Below are positions 7,449 to 19,149 of a stretch of 64,000 bases of DNA, piece by piece. The position numbers were made by a program, and so were the translations under genes. Under the pieces are notes generated by a model. That model searched no databases and was not told where the DNA came from. It saw only the letters and a program-made list of their open reading frames with translations. This stretch comes from Gemmatimonadota bacterium (GTDB taxonomy: Bacteria; Gemmatimonadota; Gemmatimonadetes; Gemmatimonadales; GWC2-71-9). Each line of letters begins with the position of its first letter. Position 1 is the first letter of the stretch. The DNA lies in contig JBBIUN010000011.1 of NCBI GenBank assembly GCA_037440225.1, positions 20,979 to 84,978 on the forward strand, written 5' to 3'.

Positions 7449-8092
7449 GAGTGGTTCCCGAAGGACGGCCCTTCATCGCGGCGGCCGCCTTGGTCCTGCT
7501 GGTCTTGGCGGCGCTGGCCGTCCGCCACGGCGGCGGGTGGTGGCTGGCCGCGGCGCTGTGGCTTCCGGTGGCGTTGTGGGTGCCGGCCTTCTTTCGCGAC
7601 CCCGTGCGATCCGGGCCGCGGGATGCCCGCCTGATCCTGGCCCCCGCCGACGGGCGGGTGGTCAGCGTGGCCACCGTGGACGAACCCGACTACCTTCGCA
7701 CCCAAGCCACTCGGGTGTCGGTCTTCATGAACGTGTTCAACGTCCACGTGAACTATCACCCGATGGACGGTGTGGTGGAGTACCGGGAGTATCGCGCGGG
7801 GCGGTTTATCAATGCCACGCGGGACAAGGCCAGCGAGGACAACGAGCAGATGTCGCTGGGCGTGCGCGAAGGAGAGCGCCGCGTGCTGGTGCGCCAGATC
7901 GCCGGCTTGATTGCGCGGCGCATCGTGACCGATCCCGATGTCGGCCAGCGGGTACGGCAGGGCACGCGACTCGGCCTCATCCGGTTCGGTTCGCGAGTGG
8001 ATACGTTCCTGCCGCCGGGCGCGCGGGCCACGGTGCGGGTGGGAGATCGTACCGTAGGCGGGGTGAGCGTGATCGGGGAGTGGCCCCAGTGA
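7445..8092 (+). CDS. psd: phosphatidylserine decarboxylase family protein (short, Asd-like type)
   Basis: The track ORF 7331-8092 is trimmed to the ATG at 7445 (ATGA overlap with purC). It has N-terminal TM helices and an FGSRVD self-cleavage-type motif near the C-terminus. Confidence 0.82.
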   Translation: MRVVPEGRPFIAAAALVLLVLAALAVRHGGGWWLAAALWLPVALWVPAFFRDPVRSGPRDARLILAPADGRVVSVATVDEPDYLRTQATRVSVFMNVFNVHVNYHPMDGVVEYREYRAGRFINATRDKASEDNEQMSLGVREGERRVLVRQIAGLIARRIVTDPDVGQRVRQGTRLGLIRFGSRVDTFLPPGARATVRVGDRTVGGVSVIGEWPQ

Positions 8093-8925
8093 GAGCACCT
8101 CAAGGACCGCGCGTGCGCCGGGTCGTGGTGGTAGCGCCCAGCCTGTTCACCCTGGCCAACCTGTTCTTCGGGATCTGGTCCACGGTGCTGGCCTGGCACC
8201 AGGATTTCTACCGAGCGAGTTGGTTCATCGTGATCGCCGGGGTCCTGGACATGCTGGACGGGGTCACCGCCCGGATGGGCCGCGCCGGATCGCGTTTCGG
8301 GGCCGAACTCGATTCGTTGGTGGACCTGGTGAGCTTCGGCGTGGCGCCCGCTACCCTGGTGTATCTGTGGTTCTTCTCGCGGATGGGGCAGTTCGCCTGG
8401 GTGTTTTCCTATGGGTTCGTGGTGTGCATGGCCTTGCGCCTGGCGCGCTACAACGTGCAATCCACCGGGGAGCACAAGTCGAGCTTCACCGGCCTGCCCT
8501 CGCCGGCGGCGGGCATGACCTTGGCCACGTATTATCCCTTCACGCGGACCGGGTTCTACCAGGCCGAGCTGGCGGCGCTGCCGTGGTCGCAGATCATGGT
8601 GTTCCTGATCATCGCCTTGAGCCTGGCCATGGTGAGCAACGTGCGCTACGCCCGGCTGCCGCGTATCGGCTTCCGGTCCGTGCGAGGAGTGCTCGGTCTG
8701 GCCGTGCACCTCACCATTCTGGGCTTTGGGATATGGGCACGGGATATCTTTTTCTTTCCGCTGGGACTTGCGTACCTGAGCTATGGCCTGGTTCGGGCAG
8801 CGGTCCTGGGCTTGATCGAACGGGGCGAAGATGAGGCCGCCGTCCGGGAGCCGCCCGTCGTGATCCACGGCCTGGACGATGCCGCGAGGTGGCGCCGCCG
8901 GGAGCCGGGCGCCAAGGATAGCTGA
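8089..8925 (+). CDS. pssA: CDP-diacylglycerol--serine O-phosphatidyltransferase
   Basis: The track ORF 7537-8925 is trimmed to the GTG at 8089 (GTGA overlap with psd). CDP-alcohol phosphatidyltransferase motif DGVTARMGRAGSRFGAELDSLVD. Polytopic membrane protein. Confidence 0.85.
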   Translation: MRAPQGPRVRRVVVVAPSLFTLANLFFGIWSTVLAWHQDFYRASWFIVIAGVLDMLDGVTARMGRAGSRFGAELDSLVDLVSFGVAPATLVYLWFFSRMGQFAWVFSYGFVVCMALRLARYNVQSTGEHKSSFTGLPSPAAGMTLATYYPFTRTGFYQAELAALPWSQIMVFLIIALSLAMVSNVRYARLPRIGFRSVRGVLGLAVHLTILGFGIWARDIFFFPLGLAYLSYGLVRAAVLGLIERGEDEAAVREPPVVIHGLDDAARWRRREPGAKDS

Positions 8926-9183
8926 ATGCCGCGTTATGAGGTCGAAGTGCGGGTCATGCCCCGAGCCGGCTTGCTGGACCCCCAGGGCCAGGCCGTAGAA
9001 CACGCGTTGCGAGCGCTGGGGTTCGAGCAGATTGGCGGCGTCAGGGTAGGCCGCGCCCTGACGCTGCACCTGGAGCGCCCCGATGCGGCTCGGGCTGAGG
9101 CCGACGCTCGGGCCATGTGCGAGCGGCTGTTGGCCAATCCCGTAACGGAGGACTTCACCCTGATCGTGCGAGGGATCCCGTGA
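8926..9183 (+). CDS. purS: phosphoribosylformylglycinamidine synthase subunit PurS
   Basis: 85 aa with the typical PurS pattern (V.V..K.G.LDPQG.AV..AL..LGF). Confidence 0.9.
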   Translation: MPRYEVEVRVMPRAGLLDPQGQAVEHALRALGFEQIGGVRVGRALTLHLERPDAARAEADARAMCERLLANPVTEDFTLIVRGIP

Positions 9184-9863
9184 TCCGCGTCGCCGTGGTG
9201 CGGTTCCCCGGCTCCAATTGCGACGCCGATACCCTCCGTGCGGTCGAGCAGGCCGGAGCGGAAGCGTACTACGTCTGGCACCGCGAAGCCGAACTCGGCG
9301 GGGCCGACGCCGTCGTCCTGCCGGGCGGCTTCGCCTACGGCGACTACTTGCGCGCCGGCGCCATCGCCCGGTTCAGCCCGGTGATGGCGGCGGTGCGCTC
9401 GCACGCCGAACAGGGCGGAGCGGTGCTGGGCATCTGCAACGGTTTCCAGATCCTGTGCGAAGCCGGCCTGCTGCCGGGCGCCCTCATGCGCAACGCCGGC
9501 CTCAAATTCGTCTCCCGGCCGGTACGGGTCCGTGTGGAGACCACCGAGACGCCATTTACCACGGCCTACGAGGCCGGCGCTATCTTATCGCTACCGGTGG
9601 CGCACGGCGAGGGCCGCTATGTCGCGCCGGCGGACGATCTCTCGGCCCTGGAAGCGGAGGGCCGCGTGGTTTTGAGGTATCTGGACAACCCCAACGGCTC
9701 GGTCAACGACATCGCGGGAATCACCAACGCCGCGCGCAACGTGGTGGGCATCATGCCCCACCCCGAGCGCGCCGCCGATCCGGTCCTGGGATCGCCGGAG
9801 GGAGCCAAGGTTTTTTTCTCCCTCGTGCAGAGCGTCGCCTTATCGCGCGGAGGTGTACCATGA
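9180..9863 (+). CDS. purQ: phosphoribosylformylglycinamidine synthase glutaminase subunit PurQ
   Basis: The track ORF is trimmed to the GTG at 9180 (GTGA overlap with purS). VIRVAVVRFPGSNCD, GICNGFQ nucleophile elbow, and HPER near the C-terminus. Confidence 0.9.
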   Translation: MIRVAVVRFPGSNCDADTLRAVEQAGAEAYYVWHREAELGGADAVVLPGGFAYGDYLRAGAIARFSPVMAAVRSHAEQGGAVLGICNGFQILCEAGLLPGALMRNAGLKFVSRPVRVRVETTETPFTTAYEAGAILSLPVAHGEGRYVAPADDLSALEAEGRVVLRYLDNPNGSVNDIAGITNAARNVVGIMPHPERAADPVLGSPEGAKVFFSLVQSVALSRGGVP

Positions 9864-10369
9864 GATGGCTTGCCCTGGTGAACGCCGGCGCCTTAGTCCT
9901 AGGCCTTTCGGGATGCGACAAGATTCCGCTCTTGGCCAAGAAGAAGGCTCCTCCTGCGCAGCCTACGCCGGCACAGCCCGCCTCCCAGCCCAAGGCGTCA
10001 CCGGCGGCTCCTCAGCCTGCCCCCACACCTGCGCCCGCGCGGCCGGCACGAGCCGATGAACCCTGGAGCCCGCTGGATACCGGCACGGTGACCCCGGGGA
10101 TGAGCCGGGAGCAGGTGATCGCGCTCTGGGGCGTGCCGGTAGCGGAGCGCAGCGTGGGAGACCGCGCGTACCTGTACTTCCGGAACGGCTGCGAAGCGAG
10201 CTGCGGCACGTTCGACGTGGTTTTTCTGGAAAACGGGGTGGTGGTGGACGCCATCGTGCGCGGCCCGGGTCACAACTACGCGGGGCCTTCGACCTCGCCG
10301 CCGGGCCGCAAAGGCCAATTCACCCGACCGGGCGAGCCTGCCGAGGCCGCCGGTATCGAGCAGGGGTAA
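9860..10369 (+). CDS. lipoprotein with Pro/Ala-rich linker and BamE/SmpA-OmlA-like C-terminal domain
   Basis: The internal ATG at 9860 (ATGA overlap with purQ) gives MRWLALVNAGALVLGLSGC, a lipobox. The PAQPTPAQPASQP linker is followed by GMSREQVIALWGVP...YLYF, which resembles BamE-like folds. Family assignment is tentative. Confidence 0.65.
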   Translation: MRWLALVNAGALVLGLSGCDKIPLLAKKKAPPAQPTPAQPASQPKASPAAPQPAPTPAPARPARADEPWSPLDTGTVTPGMSREQVIALWGVPVAERSVGDRAYLYFRNGCEASCGTFDVVFLENGVVVDAIVRGPGHNYAGPSTSPPGRKGQFTRPGEPAEAAGIEQG

Positions 10370-10372
10370 GCC

Positions 10373-10729
10373 ATGGACGGCGCTACCGAGAAACCGAGCC
10401 GCAACGAAGAGGAATACTTCGCCAAGCGCGACGCGGAGTTGATTCGCGCTCAGCGGGAGGCCGCGGCCCGCGCGGCGCGGGAGGCCGAGCGCCAGAGCCA
10501 CTACATGAAATGTCCCAAATGCGGGACCGACCTCGTGAGCGAAACGCGCCACGGGATCCAACTGGATCGCTGTCCCGAGTGCCACGGGGTCTGGTTCGAC
10601 GCCGGCGAGATGGAGCAGTTGATCAAGCTCGAGACCCGCCCGGGAGCGGGAAGTCTCCTCGCCGCCTTGATGCGGGGGATGAGGGTATCGGGGGCACGCC
10701 CAGCGCCGCATGAGCCGGACCAAGGCTGA
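10373..10729 (+). CDS. zinc-ribbon protein (zf-TFIIB-like CPxC...CxxCxGxWxDxxE family)
   Basis: 118 aa. An N-terminal charged helix is followed by CPKCGTDL...[20 protein letters not shown]. Confidence 0.7.
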   Translation: MDGATEKPSRNEEEYFAKRDAELIRAQREAAARAAREAERQSHYMKCPKCGTDLVSETRHGIQLDRCPECHGVWFDAGEMEQLIKLETRPGAGSLLAALMRGMRVSGARPAPHEPDQG

Positions 10730-12998
10730 ATCCTTTCCCGGCGATCCGCCCGTCACACCGGCGCTGGTGGCCGAGCACGGGCTCAATCAGGAAGAATACC
10801 GGCGCATCGAGGCGATGCTGGAGCGCGCGCCCACCTTCACCGAGTTGGGCGTGTTCTCGGCGCTGTGGAGCGAGCACTGCTCCTACAAGCACTCTCGCCC
10901 CGTGCTCCGGGAATTCCCCACCGCAGGACCCCGGGTACTCCAAGGACCGGGGGAAAACGCCGGCATCTTGCGGCTGCTGGACGGGTGGGCGGTGGCTTTC
11001 AAGATCGAATCCCACAACCATCCGTCGGCGGTGGAGCCTTATCAGGGTGCGGCCACGGGCGTGGGCGGCATCCTGCGGGACGTCTTCACCATGGGTGCCA
11101 GGCCCATTGCGCTGCTCAACAGCCTCCGCTTTGGGCCTCTGGAGACGGCCCGCAATCGCTACTTGATGGCGGGCGTGGTCCGGGGAATCGGCGACTACGG
11201 TAACTGCGTGGGCGTTCCCACCGTGGGAGGCGAGGTGGATTTCGCCCCTGCCTACAGCGGCAACCCGCTGGTGAACGCCATGTGCGTGGGCCTGCTGCGG
11301 GAAGACCGGCTGATGCGGGCCGTGGCCTCCGGACCCGGGAACGTGGTGCTGGTCTTGGGATCCAAGACCGGGCGCGACGGGATCCACGGGGCCTCCTTCG
11401 CCTCCGAGGAGTTGACCGAGCGGAGCGAAGCTCGCCGGCCCCAGGTCCAGGTGGGCGACCCGTTCACCGAGAAGCTGTTGCTGGAGGCCACATTGGAGCT
11501 GATCGCCTCGGGCCACGTGGTAGCCATCCAAGACATGGGAGCGGCGGGTCTTACCTCCTCGTCCGCCGAGATGGCCGCCAAGGGGGGCGTGGGGATCGAG
11601 CTGGACGTCGCCTTGGTACCCACCCGCGAGCCCGGCATGACGCCCTACGAAATCCTGTTGTCCGAGTCGCAAGAGCGGATGCTGGTCATTGCCCGGCCGG
11701 AGCGGGTGGCAGCAGTGCAGGCCATGGCGTCCAAGTGGGAACTCGAGGCCACGCCTATCGGCCGGGTGACCGCAGATGGCCGCTATCGGGTGCGCCACGG
11801 CGAGCGCGTGGTGGTGGACATCCCGGCGGCCAGGCTGCTGGCGGATTGCCCGGTGTACACCCCCGAGGCGCGAGCCGGAGAAGCTCTCGAGGTACGCCGC
11901 GCGGCCCGACCCCACCGGCCCGATCCTCCCGTGGAGCAGGCGCTGCGCCAGCTCTTGGATACGCCGGCCCTAGCCTCCAAGCGCTGGGTCTATGAACAGT
12001 ACGATTCGACGGTCCAGGCCTCGACGGTGATCGGACCGGGAGGTGACGCCAGCTTGGTGCGGATTGGGGACACCCAAGCTGCCTTGGCCCTGGCCACCGA
12101 CGGCAACGCCCGCTACGTGCTGCTGGATCCGTACGAGGGAGGCAAAGCGGCGGTGGCCGAAGCCGCGCGCAACGTGGCGGTGACCGGCGCTCAGCCGCTG
12201 GGGATCACCAACTGTCTCAACTTCGGCAATCCCGAGCGGCCGGAGGTGTTCTACCAGTTCCGGGAATGCTGCCGCGGCATGGCGGAGGCGTGCCGGGTGC
12301 TGGGGACGCCGGTGACGGGGGGGAACGTATCCTTTTACAACGAGAGTCCCGCGGGCGCGGTAGACCCCACGCCGGTCGTGGGCATGGTAGGACTGCTGGA
12401 GGATGTAAATCGGGCGGTGAGGCCCTGGTTTCGGCACCCTGGGCACCGGATCATGCTGTTGGGCAAGACGTCGGGCCATTTGGGAGGATCGGCCTATTGG
12501 GCCTACGTGCACGGCGTGGTGGGCGGCGCACCGCCGCCCGTGGATTTGGAAGCAGAACGCGGGCTGGTGGACTTGCTTCTGACCCTGGCCCGGCGCGGCT
12601 TGGTGGAGAGTGCGCACGACCTGAGCGACGGGGGGCTGGGCGTGGCCCTGGCGGAGGCCTGCTTCGGGGCTCCTTATGGAGAGGAGCCCCTTGGGGCTCA
12701 CGTGGACCTGCGAAAGCTGCAGGGCGAACTCTCGCCCGCGGCCTTGTTGTTCGGCGAAGATCAGGGTCGCGTGCTGCTGAGCGCTTCCCCCGCGTGCGAG
12801 GCCTCGGTCCTGGCGCTGGCCCGCGAGCACCGGGTGCCCGTGGCCGCCATTGGTACGGTGGGGGCTCCCGGTGATAGATTACGGCTCGCGCTGCGGGAGG
12901 GCGATGTCTCCTGGCCGGTCACCGAACTCCGGGAGATCTACGAGCAGGCCATCCCGCGGCGGATGGAGCCCCTTCAGGCCCAGGAAGCTGCCGATTAG
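10710..12998 (+). CDS. purL: phosphoribosylformylglycinamidine synthase subunit PurL (FGAM synthase II)
   Basis: 762 aa. [17 protein letters not shown] and duplicated AIR-synthase-like domains. Confidence 0.95.
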   Translation: MSRTKAESFPGDPPVTPALVAEHGLNQEEYRRIEAMLERAPTFTELGVFSALWSEHCSYKHSRPVLREFPTAGPRVLQGPGENAGILRLLDGWAVAFKIESHNHPSAVEPYQGAATGVGGILRDVFTMGARPIALLNSLRFGPLETARNRYLMAGVVRGIGDYGNCVGVPTVGGEVDFAPAYSGNPLVNAMCVGLLREDRLMRAVASGPGNVVLVLGSKTGRDGIHGASFASEELTERSEARRPQVQVGDPFTEKLLLEATLELIASGHVVAIQDMGAAGLTSSSAEMAAKGGVGIELDVALVPTREPGMTPYEILLSESQERMLVIARPERVAAVQAMASKWELEATPIGRVTADGRYRVRHGERVVVDIPAARLLADCPVYTPEARAGEALEVRRAARPHRPDPPVEQALRQLLDTPALASKRWVYEQYDSTVQASTVIGPGGDASLVRIGDTQAALALATDGNARYVLLDPYEGGKAAVAEAARNVAVTGAQPLGITNCLNFGNPERPEVFYQFRECCRGMAEACRVLGTPVTGGNVSFYNESPAGAVDPTPVVGMVGLLEDVNRAVRPWFRHPGHRIMLLGKTSGHLGGSAYWAYVHGVVGGAPPPVDLEAERGLVDLLLTLARRGLVESAHDLSDGGLGVALAEACFGAPYGEEPLGAHVDLRKLQGELSPAALLFGEDQGRVLLSASPACEASVLALAREHRVPVAAIGTVGAPGDRLRLALREGDVSWPVTELREIYEQAIPRRMEPLQAQEAAD

Positions 12999-13001
12999 AC
13001 G

Positions 13002-14402
13002 ATGTGCGGGATCTGCGGAGTCTACGGTCTCGAGCACGCGGCCCAACTGGTCTATCTCGGGCTGTACGCGCTCCAGCATCGGGGGCAGGAGTCGGCGGGG
13101 ATCGTGACCCTGGACCAGGCTGGCCAGGCGCGCACTCATCGGGGCATGGGTCTGGTGCAGGAGGTCTTTCCGCCCGAGGTGCTGGCGCAGCTTCCCGGGG
13201 ACGTGGCCATCGGGCACACCCGCTACTCCACCACCGGCAGCTCGGTGCTGGCCAACGCGCAGCCCGGGCTGGTGAATTACCACGGCGGGCCGCTGGCCCT
13301 GGCCCACAACGGCAACCTCACCAACGCCCTGGAGCTGCGCGAGGACTTGGTCCGCAAGGGGTCCATCTTCCAATCGTCTTCGGATTCCGAAGTGCTGGTG
13401 CATCTGATCGCGCGCTCCGAGGCCCGCGACCCGGACGACCAGATCCTGGATGCGCTGGAGCGGGTGGAAGGGGCGTATTCGCTGCTGATCACGGTGGGCC
13501 GGACGCTCTACGCCATCGTGGACCCGCGAGGGTTTCGGCCCTTGGTGCTGGGCGAGCTCAAGGGCGGGTGGGTGTTGGCCTCGGAGACCTGCGCGCTCGA
13601 TATCCTGGGTGCCCGCGTGGTGCGCGAACTCGAACCGGGCGAATGGCTCAAGATCGAAGAGGGTCGGGTGCGGGATCTGCCGCCCTTGCCGCGCAAGGAG
13701 CCGCGGCGGTGCATCTTCGAGCTGATCTACTTCTCCCGTCCCGACAGCATCGTGTTCAGCGAGTCGGTGGATCGCGTGCGGCGGGCCCTAGGGCGCGAGC
13801 TGGCGCGCGAGCATCCGGCACCGGGGGCGGACTGCGTCTTCTCGGTGCCGGATTCCGCCAACGCCATGGCCTTGGGCTTTGCCGAGGCCAGCGGGATCAA
13901 GCTGGAGCACGGCCTGATCCGCAACCACTACGTGGGGCGGACCTTCATCAATCCGGGCCAAGCCGCGCGGGACGCCAAGGTCCGCATCAAGTTCAACCCG
14001 GTGCGCGACGTGATCGCGGGGAAGTCGGTGGTAGTGGTGGATGACTCTTTGGTCCGGGGCACCACCTCGCGCAGCCTGGTGCACATGATCCGCCAAGCTG
14101 GAGCCCGCGAGGTGCACTTCCGGGTCGCCTCGCCGCCGATCACGGGCCCGTGCTACTACGGCATTGACACCCCCACGCGCGAGGAGCTGATCGCCGCCGC
14201 GCACGATGTCGAGGACGTCCGCCGGCACTTGCAGGTGGATACCCTGGGTTATCTCTCGGTGGCGGGCATGTACCGCGCGGTGGGCTGCAACACCTCGGCG
14301 TTTTGCGACGCCTGTTTCACCGGACGATACCCCACGGCGATCCCGGATCCGGCGACGCCGTTCCGGGAGCCCGCCTTGGCAGCGACGTTACCCGTTCCTT
14401 AG
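13002..14402 (+). CDS. purF: amidophosphoribosyltransferase
   Basis: 466 aa. MCGI(C)G Ntn nucleophile, PRT motif VVVVDDSLVRGTT, C-terminal Cys cluster. Confidence 0.95.
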   Translation: MCGICGVYGLEHAAQLVYLGLYALQHRGQESAGIVTLDQAGQARTHRGMGLVQEVFPPEVLAQLPGDVAIGHTRYSTTGSSVLANAQPGLVNYHGGPLALAHNGNLTNALELREDLVRKGSIFQSSSDSEVLVHLIARSEARDPDDQILDALERVEGAYSLLITVGRTLYAIVDPRGFRPLVLGELKGGWVLASETCALDILGARVVRELEPGEWLKIEEGRVRDLPPLPRKEPRRCIFELIYFSRPDSIVFSESVDRVRRALGRELAREHPAPGADCVFSVPDSANAMALGFAEASGIKLEHGLIRNHYVGRTFINPGQAARDAKVRIKFNPVRDVIAGKSVVVVDDSLVRGTTSRSLVHMIRQAGAREVHFRVASPPITGPCYYGIDTPTREELIAAAHDVEDVRRHLQVDTLGYLSVAGMYRAVGCNTSAFCDACFTGRYPTAIPDPATPFREPALAATLPVP

Positions 14403-14428
14403 ACCGCATGCCCTAGACGCCAGACCAT

Positions 14429-17068
<2,640 letters not shown>

Positions 17069-17122
17069 CCGGTCATGGGGGACAGTCCCACAGCCGTAGC
17101 GCCGGGGGCCGGCGGCCGGACG

Positions 17123-17527
17123 CTAGCGCTCGCCCGGCGGCGCAGCCCGCGATCCATCCTTCGTGGAGATCCAGATCACCCCATTGCGACCCTCGTCGCC
17201 CGCGAGGGTGGCAGCCGCGGCACCCTCGAGGATCTCGATCCGGTCAATGGCCTTCGGATCCAGTTGGTCCAGCCGCTGGCCAGCCAGCATCCGCTTGCCA
17301 TCAATGAACACGACGGTGCTGGCAGGAATTATCGGGTAATGGCTGGCAGCCGTCGCGTACGCAGCTTCCGCTTCCGGGCCGGTGAGGGCATCCCCGCTGC
17401 AACCCGCGGCAACTAGGGTAAGCGCTGCAAGAGCAGATAGAACGGAAAGAAAAGCTGTGGGAGGGAAGGTGGGGCGATGCTCGACGACACGCGGCTCACC
17501 CGGGCTGGGGGTCTCGGGTGCCTCCAA
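17123..17527 (-). CDS. small lipoprotein with TonB-dependent-receptor plug-like C-terminal motif
   Basis: It carries a lipobox signal FLSVLSALAALTLVAAGC. The C-terminus VVFIDGKRM...LDPKAIDRIEILEGAAAATLAGDEGRNGVIWISTK mirrors the first ~55 aa of TBDR/SusC plug domains. The start is uncertain because there is no ATG/GTG near the signal peptide. TTG at 17527 is the nearest in-frame start; the track start 17731 looks like a spurious extension. Confidence 0.45.
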   Translation of the reverse strand: MEAPETPSPGEPRVVEHRPTFPPTAFLSVLSALAALTLVAAGCSGDALTGPEAEAAYATAASHYPIIPASTVVFIDGKRMLAGQRLDQLDPKAIDRIEILEGAAAATLAGDEGRNGVIWISTKDGSRAAPPGER

Positions 17528-17616
17528 CGACTGGGTCGCGGCCTGCCATGGCCGCCGTGGGGTGGAGTTCCTTGTTCGGCGGCCTTCCCCAGGCCAGCAT
17601 TGTGCTAGCAAACGGG

Positions 17617-17852
17617 ATGACCTCACGGCAACCCTCACGATCAGAAACGTGCCACCCAAGGTGCTCAAGTCCCTGAAAGCACTGGCCCGCAGGAGCGGCC
17701 GATCCATGGAGCAGGAGGTCGGGGATGGCATTCAATCTAGAAAGGGAGGGTCGGGGCTCTATGCCATCTCCACACCGGCATGCTCGAGCACCGACATGGC
17801 TCTCATGCTCAGCACCCACATCGAACATCGAATTCTGGATCTGCCATTCTAG
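17617..17852 (+). pseudogene. orphan RHH (FitA/VapB/StbC-like) antitoxin, apparently frameshifted right after its ATG
   Basis: The frame of track ORF 17382-17852 reads LTATLTIRNVPPKVLKSLKALARRSGRSMEQEV...DLPF. This is the hallmark 'TLTIRNl...LK..L...A...GRSME.E' N-terminus of FitA-type antitoxins. The only nearby start (ATG 17617) is 1 nt out of frame. No toxin gene follows. Confidence 0.35.
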
Positions 17853-19060
17853 AGCTGCCCCGCCCGCACCCAGAGCCAGACCGCCGCAATCGCCAGTGTC
17901 ACCCCGGTCACCGGGACTCCGATCTTCGCATGCTCCCGCCACCCGATCCGGATCCCCAGCCGGTCCGCTTGGTCCACCACGATCAAGTTGGCAATACTTC
18001 CCACCAGCAAGAGATTGCCCGCCAGCGTGCTCGCCAGCGCCAACAACGGGCCCGCGATCGGGTGCGTGGCAAAGGGGAGCAGCAGCATGACCGCCGGCAC
18101 GTTGGACACCAAGTTCGAGAGCACCACGGCAAGCGGAAAGAGGAGCCCCGGGTGCCTCACGTCCAAACCCGCCGCCGCAATCGGGGCGGTCAACCGGTCC
18201 AGGTTCCCCGACGCCACCAGCGTATGGTTCAGCACGAACAACCCGGCGAAGAGCACCAGCAGCTCCCAGTCCACCAGCCCCAGCATGTCCCGCGACGCCA
18301 TCCGCCGGCTCAGCAACAAGACGCCGGCGCCGGCCAGAGCCACGACCTCCCGCGGCCAGGGCGAGACCAGGAAGAGCACGACCAAGGTGCTCAACACGAT
18401 GAGACCCTTGGTACTCTGCCAGCGACTGAAGGGCTGCTCCGCGACCACCGGTACCTCCACCCGGGCGTACCACCGGCCGCGCTGGGCCAGGCAGATCACC
18501 GCCCACGTCGCCGCCAGCCCGACCGCCGCCGGCAACCCGGCGTCGAGCAGGTAGCCCGAAAAGGAAAGGTGCAGTCGCTGGCCGATCAGCATGTTCTGGG
18601 GATTGCCGATCAACGTGGCCGCGGATCCCACGTTGGCAGCACAGGCCAGCGCCAGCAGGAACGGCACGGGATCGAGCCCCCGGCGGGCACAACCTTCGGC
18701 GAGCACCGGGGCCATCGCCAAACAAACGATGTCGTTGGCCAGCACCGCCGAGAGCACCCCGGCCACCAGGATCAGCAGCGCCAAGAGCCGCGGCGGCGTG
18801 GCCTCGCGAGTGGCCACGCTCCGCGTAAGCCGGGTGTAGAAGCCGCCCAGCCGGAACTGAGCGGAGACCACCATGAGCCCCAACAGGAGCGCAATGGTGC
18901 CGGTGTCAATCGCCTGCCAGGCCTCGGGGACCGTCACCTCGCCCGATGCCACCAGGGCAATCGCGCCCAGCAAGGCGACACCCGTGCGGTCCAAGGCCAA
19001 GCCCGGGATTTCGCCCAGGATCATGCCCAAGTAGACGAACGCGAAGACCACGAGAATCAT
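17849..19060 (-). CDS. ArsB/NhaD-superfamily (CitMHS/YbiR-like) anion permease
   Basis: The track ORF 17849-19234 is trimmed to the ATG at 19060 (MILVVFAFVYLGMILGEIPGL...), because the upstream part runs into the tmRNA gene. About 12 TM helices, with GNPQN and NLVSNVPA motifs typical of this permease family. Confidence 0.8.
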   Translation of the reverse strand: MILVVFAFVYLGMILGEIPGLALDRTGVALLGAIALVASGEVTVPEAWQAIDTGTIALLLGLMVVSAQFRLGGFYTRLTRSVATREATPPRLLALLILVAGVLSAVLANDIVCLAMAPVLAEGCARRGLDPVPFLLALACAANVGSAATLIGNPQNMLIGQRLHLSFSGYLLDAGLPAAVGLAATWAVICLAQRGRWYARVEVPVVAEQPFSRWQSTKGLIVLSTLVVLFLVSPWPREVVALAGAGVLLLSRRMASRDMLGLVDWELLVLFAGLFVLNHTLVASGNLDRLTAPIAAAGLDVRHPGLLFPLAVVLSNLVSNVPAVMLLLPFATHPIAGPLLALASTLAGNLLLVGSIANLIVVDQADRLGIRIGWREHAKIGVPVTGVTLAIAAVWLWVRAGQL

Positions 19061-19101
19061 AGGTTCCGGCCTGGCAAGGGAGGCACGCCAAAGGCGGGAA
19101 C

Positions 19102-19134
19102 GAAAACGGCCCGGCAGTGAACCCGCAAGGCCGT
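19102..19134 (-). terminator. candidate intrinsic terminator after ssrA
   Basis: On the minus strand: ACGGCC (19134-19129), a 17-nt loop, GGCCGT (19111-19106), then TTTCG. It starts 16 nt after the tmRNA 3' end. Confidence 0.4.
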
Positions 19135-19149
19135 CGGCACCGTGCATGA

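Noticed and set aside
17496-19120. 409-aa (minus) and 446-aa (plus) ORFs overlapping the permease gene, and ORF 18906-19250 / 19205-19405 over the tmRNA
   Set aside because: The permease frame (17849-19060) has a coherent 12-TM hydropathy pattern and family motifs. The others are Arg/Gly/Pro-rich. ORFs crossing 19150-19505 run through a well-supported tmRNA gene.
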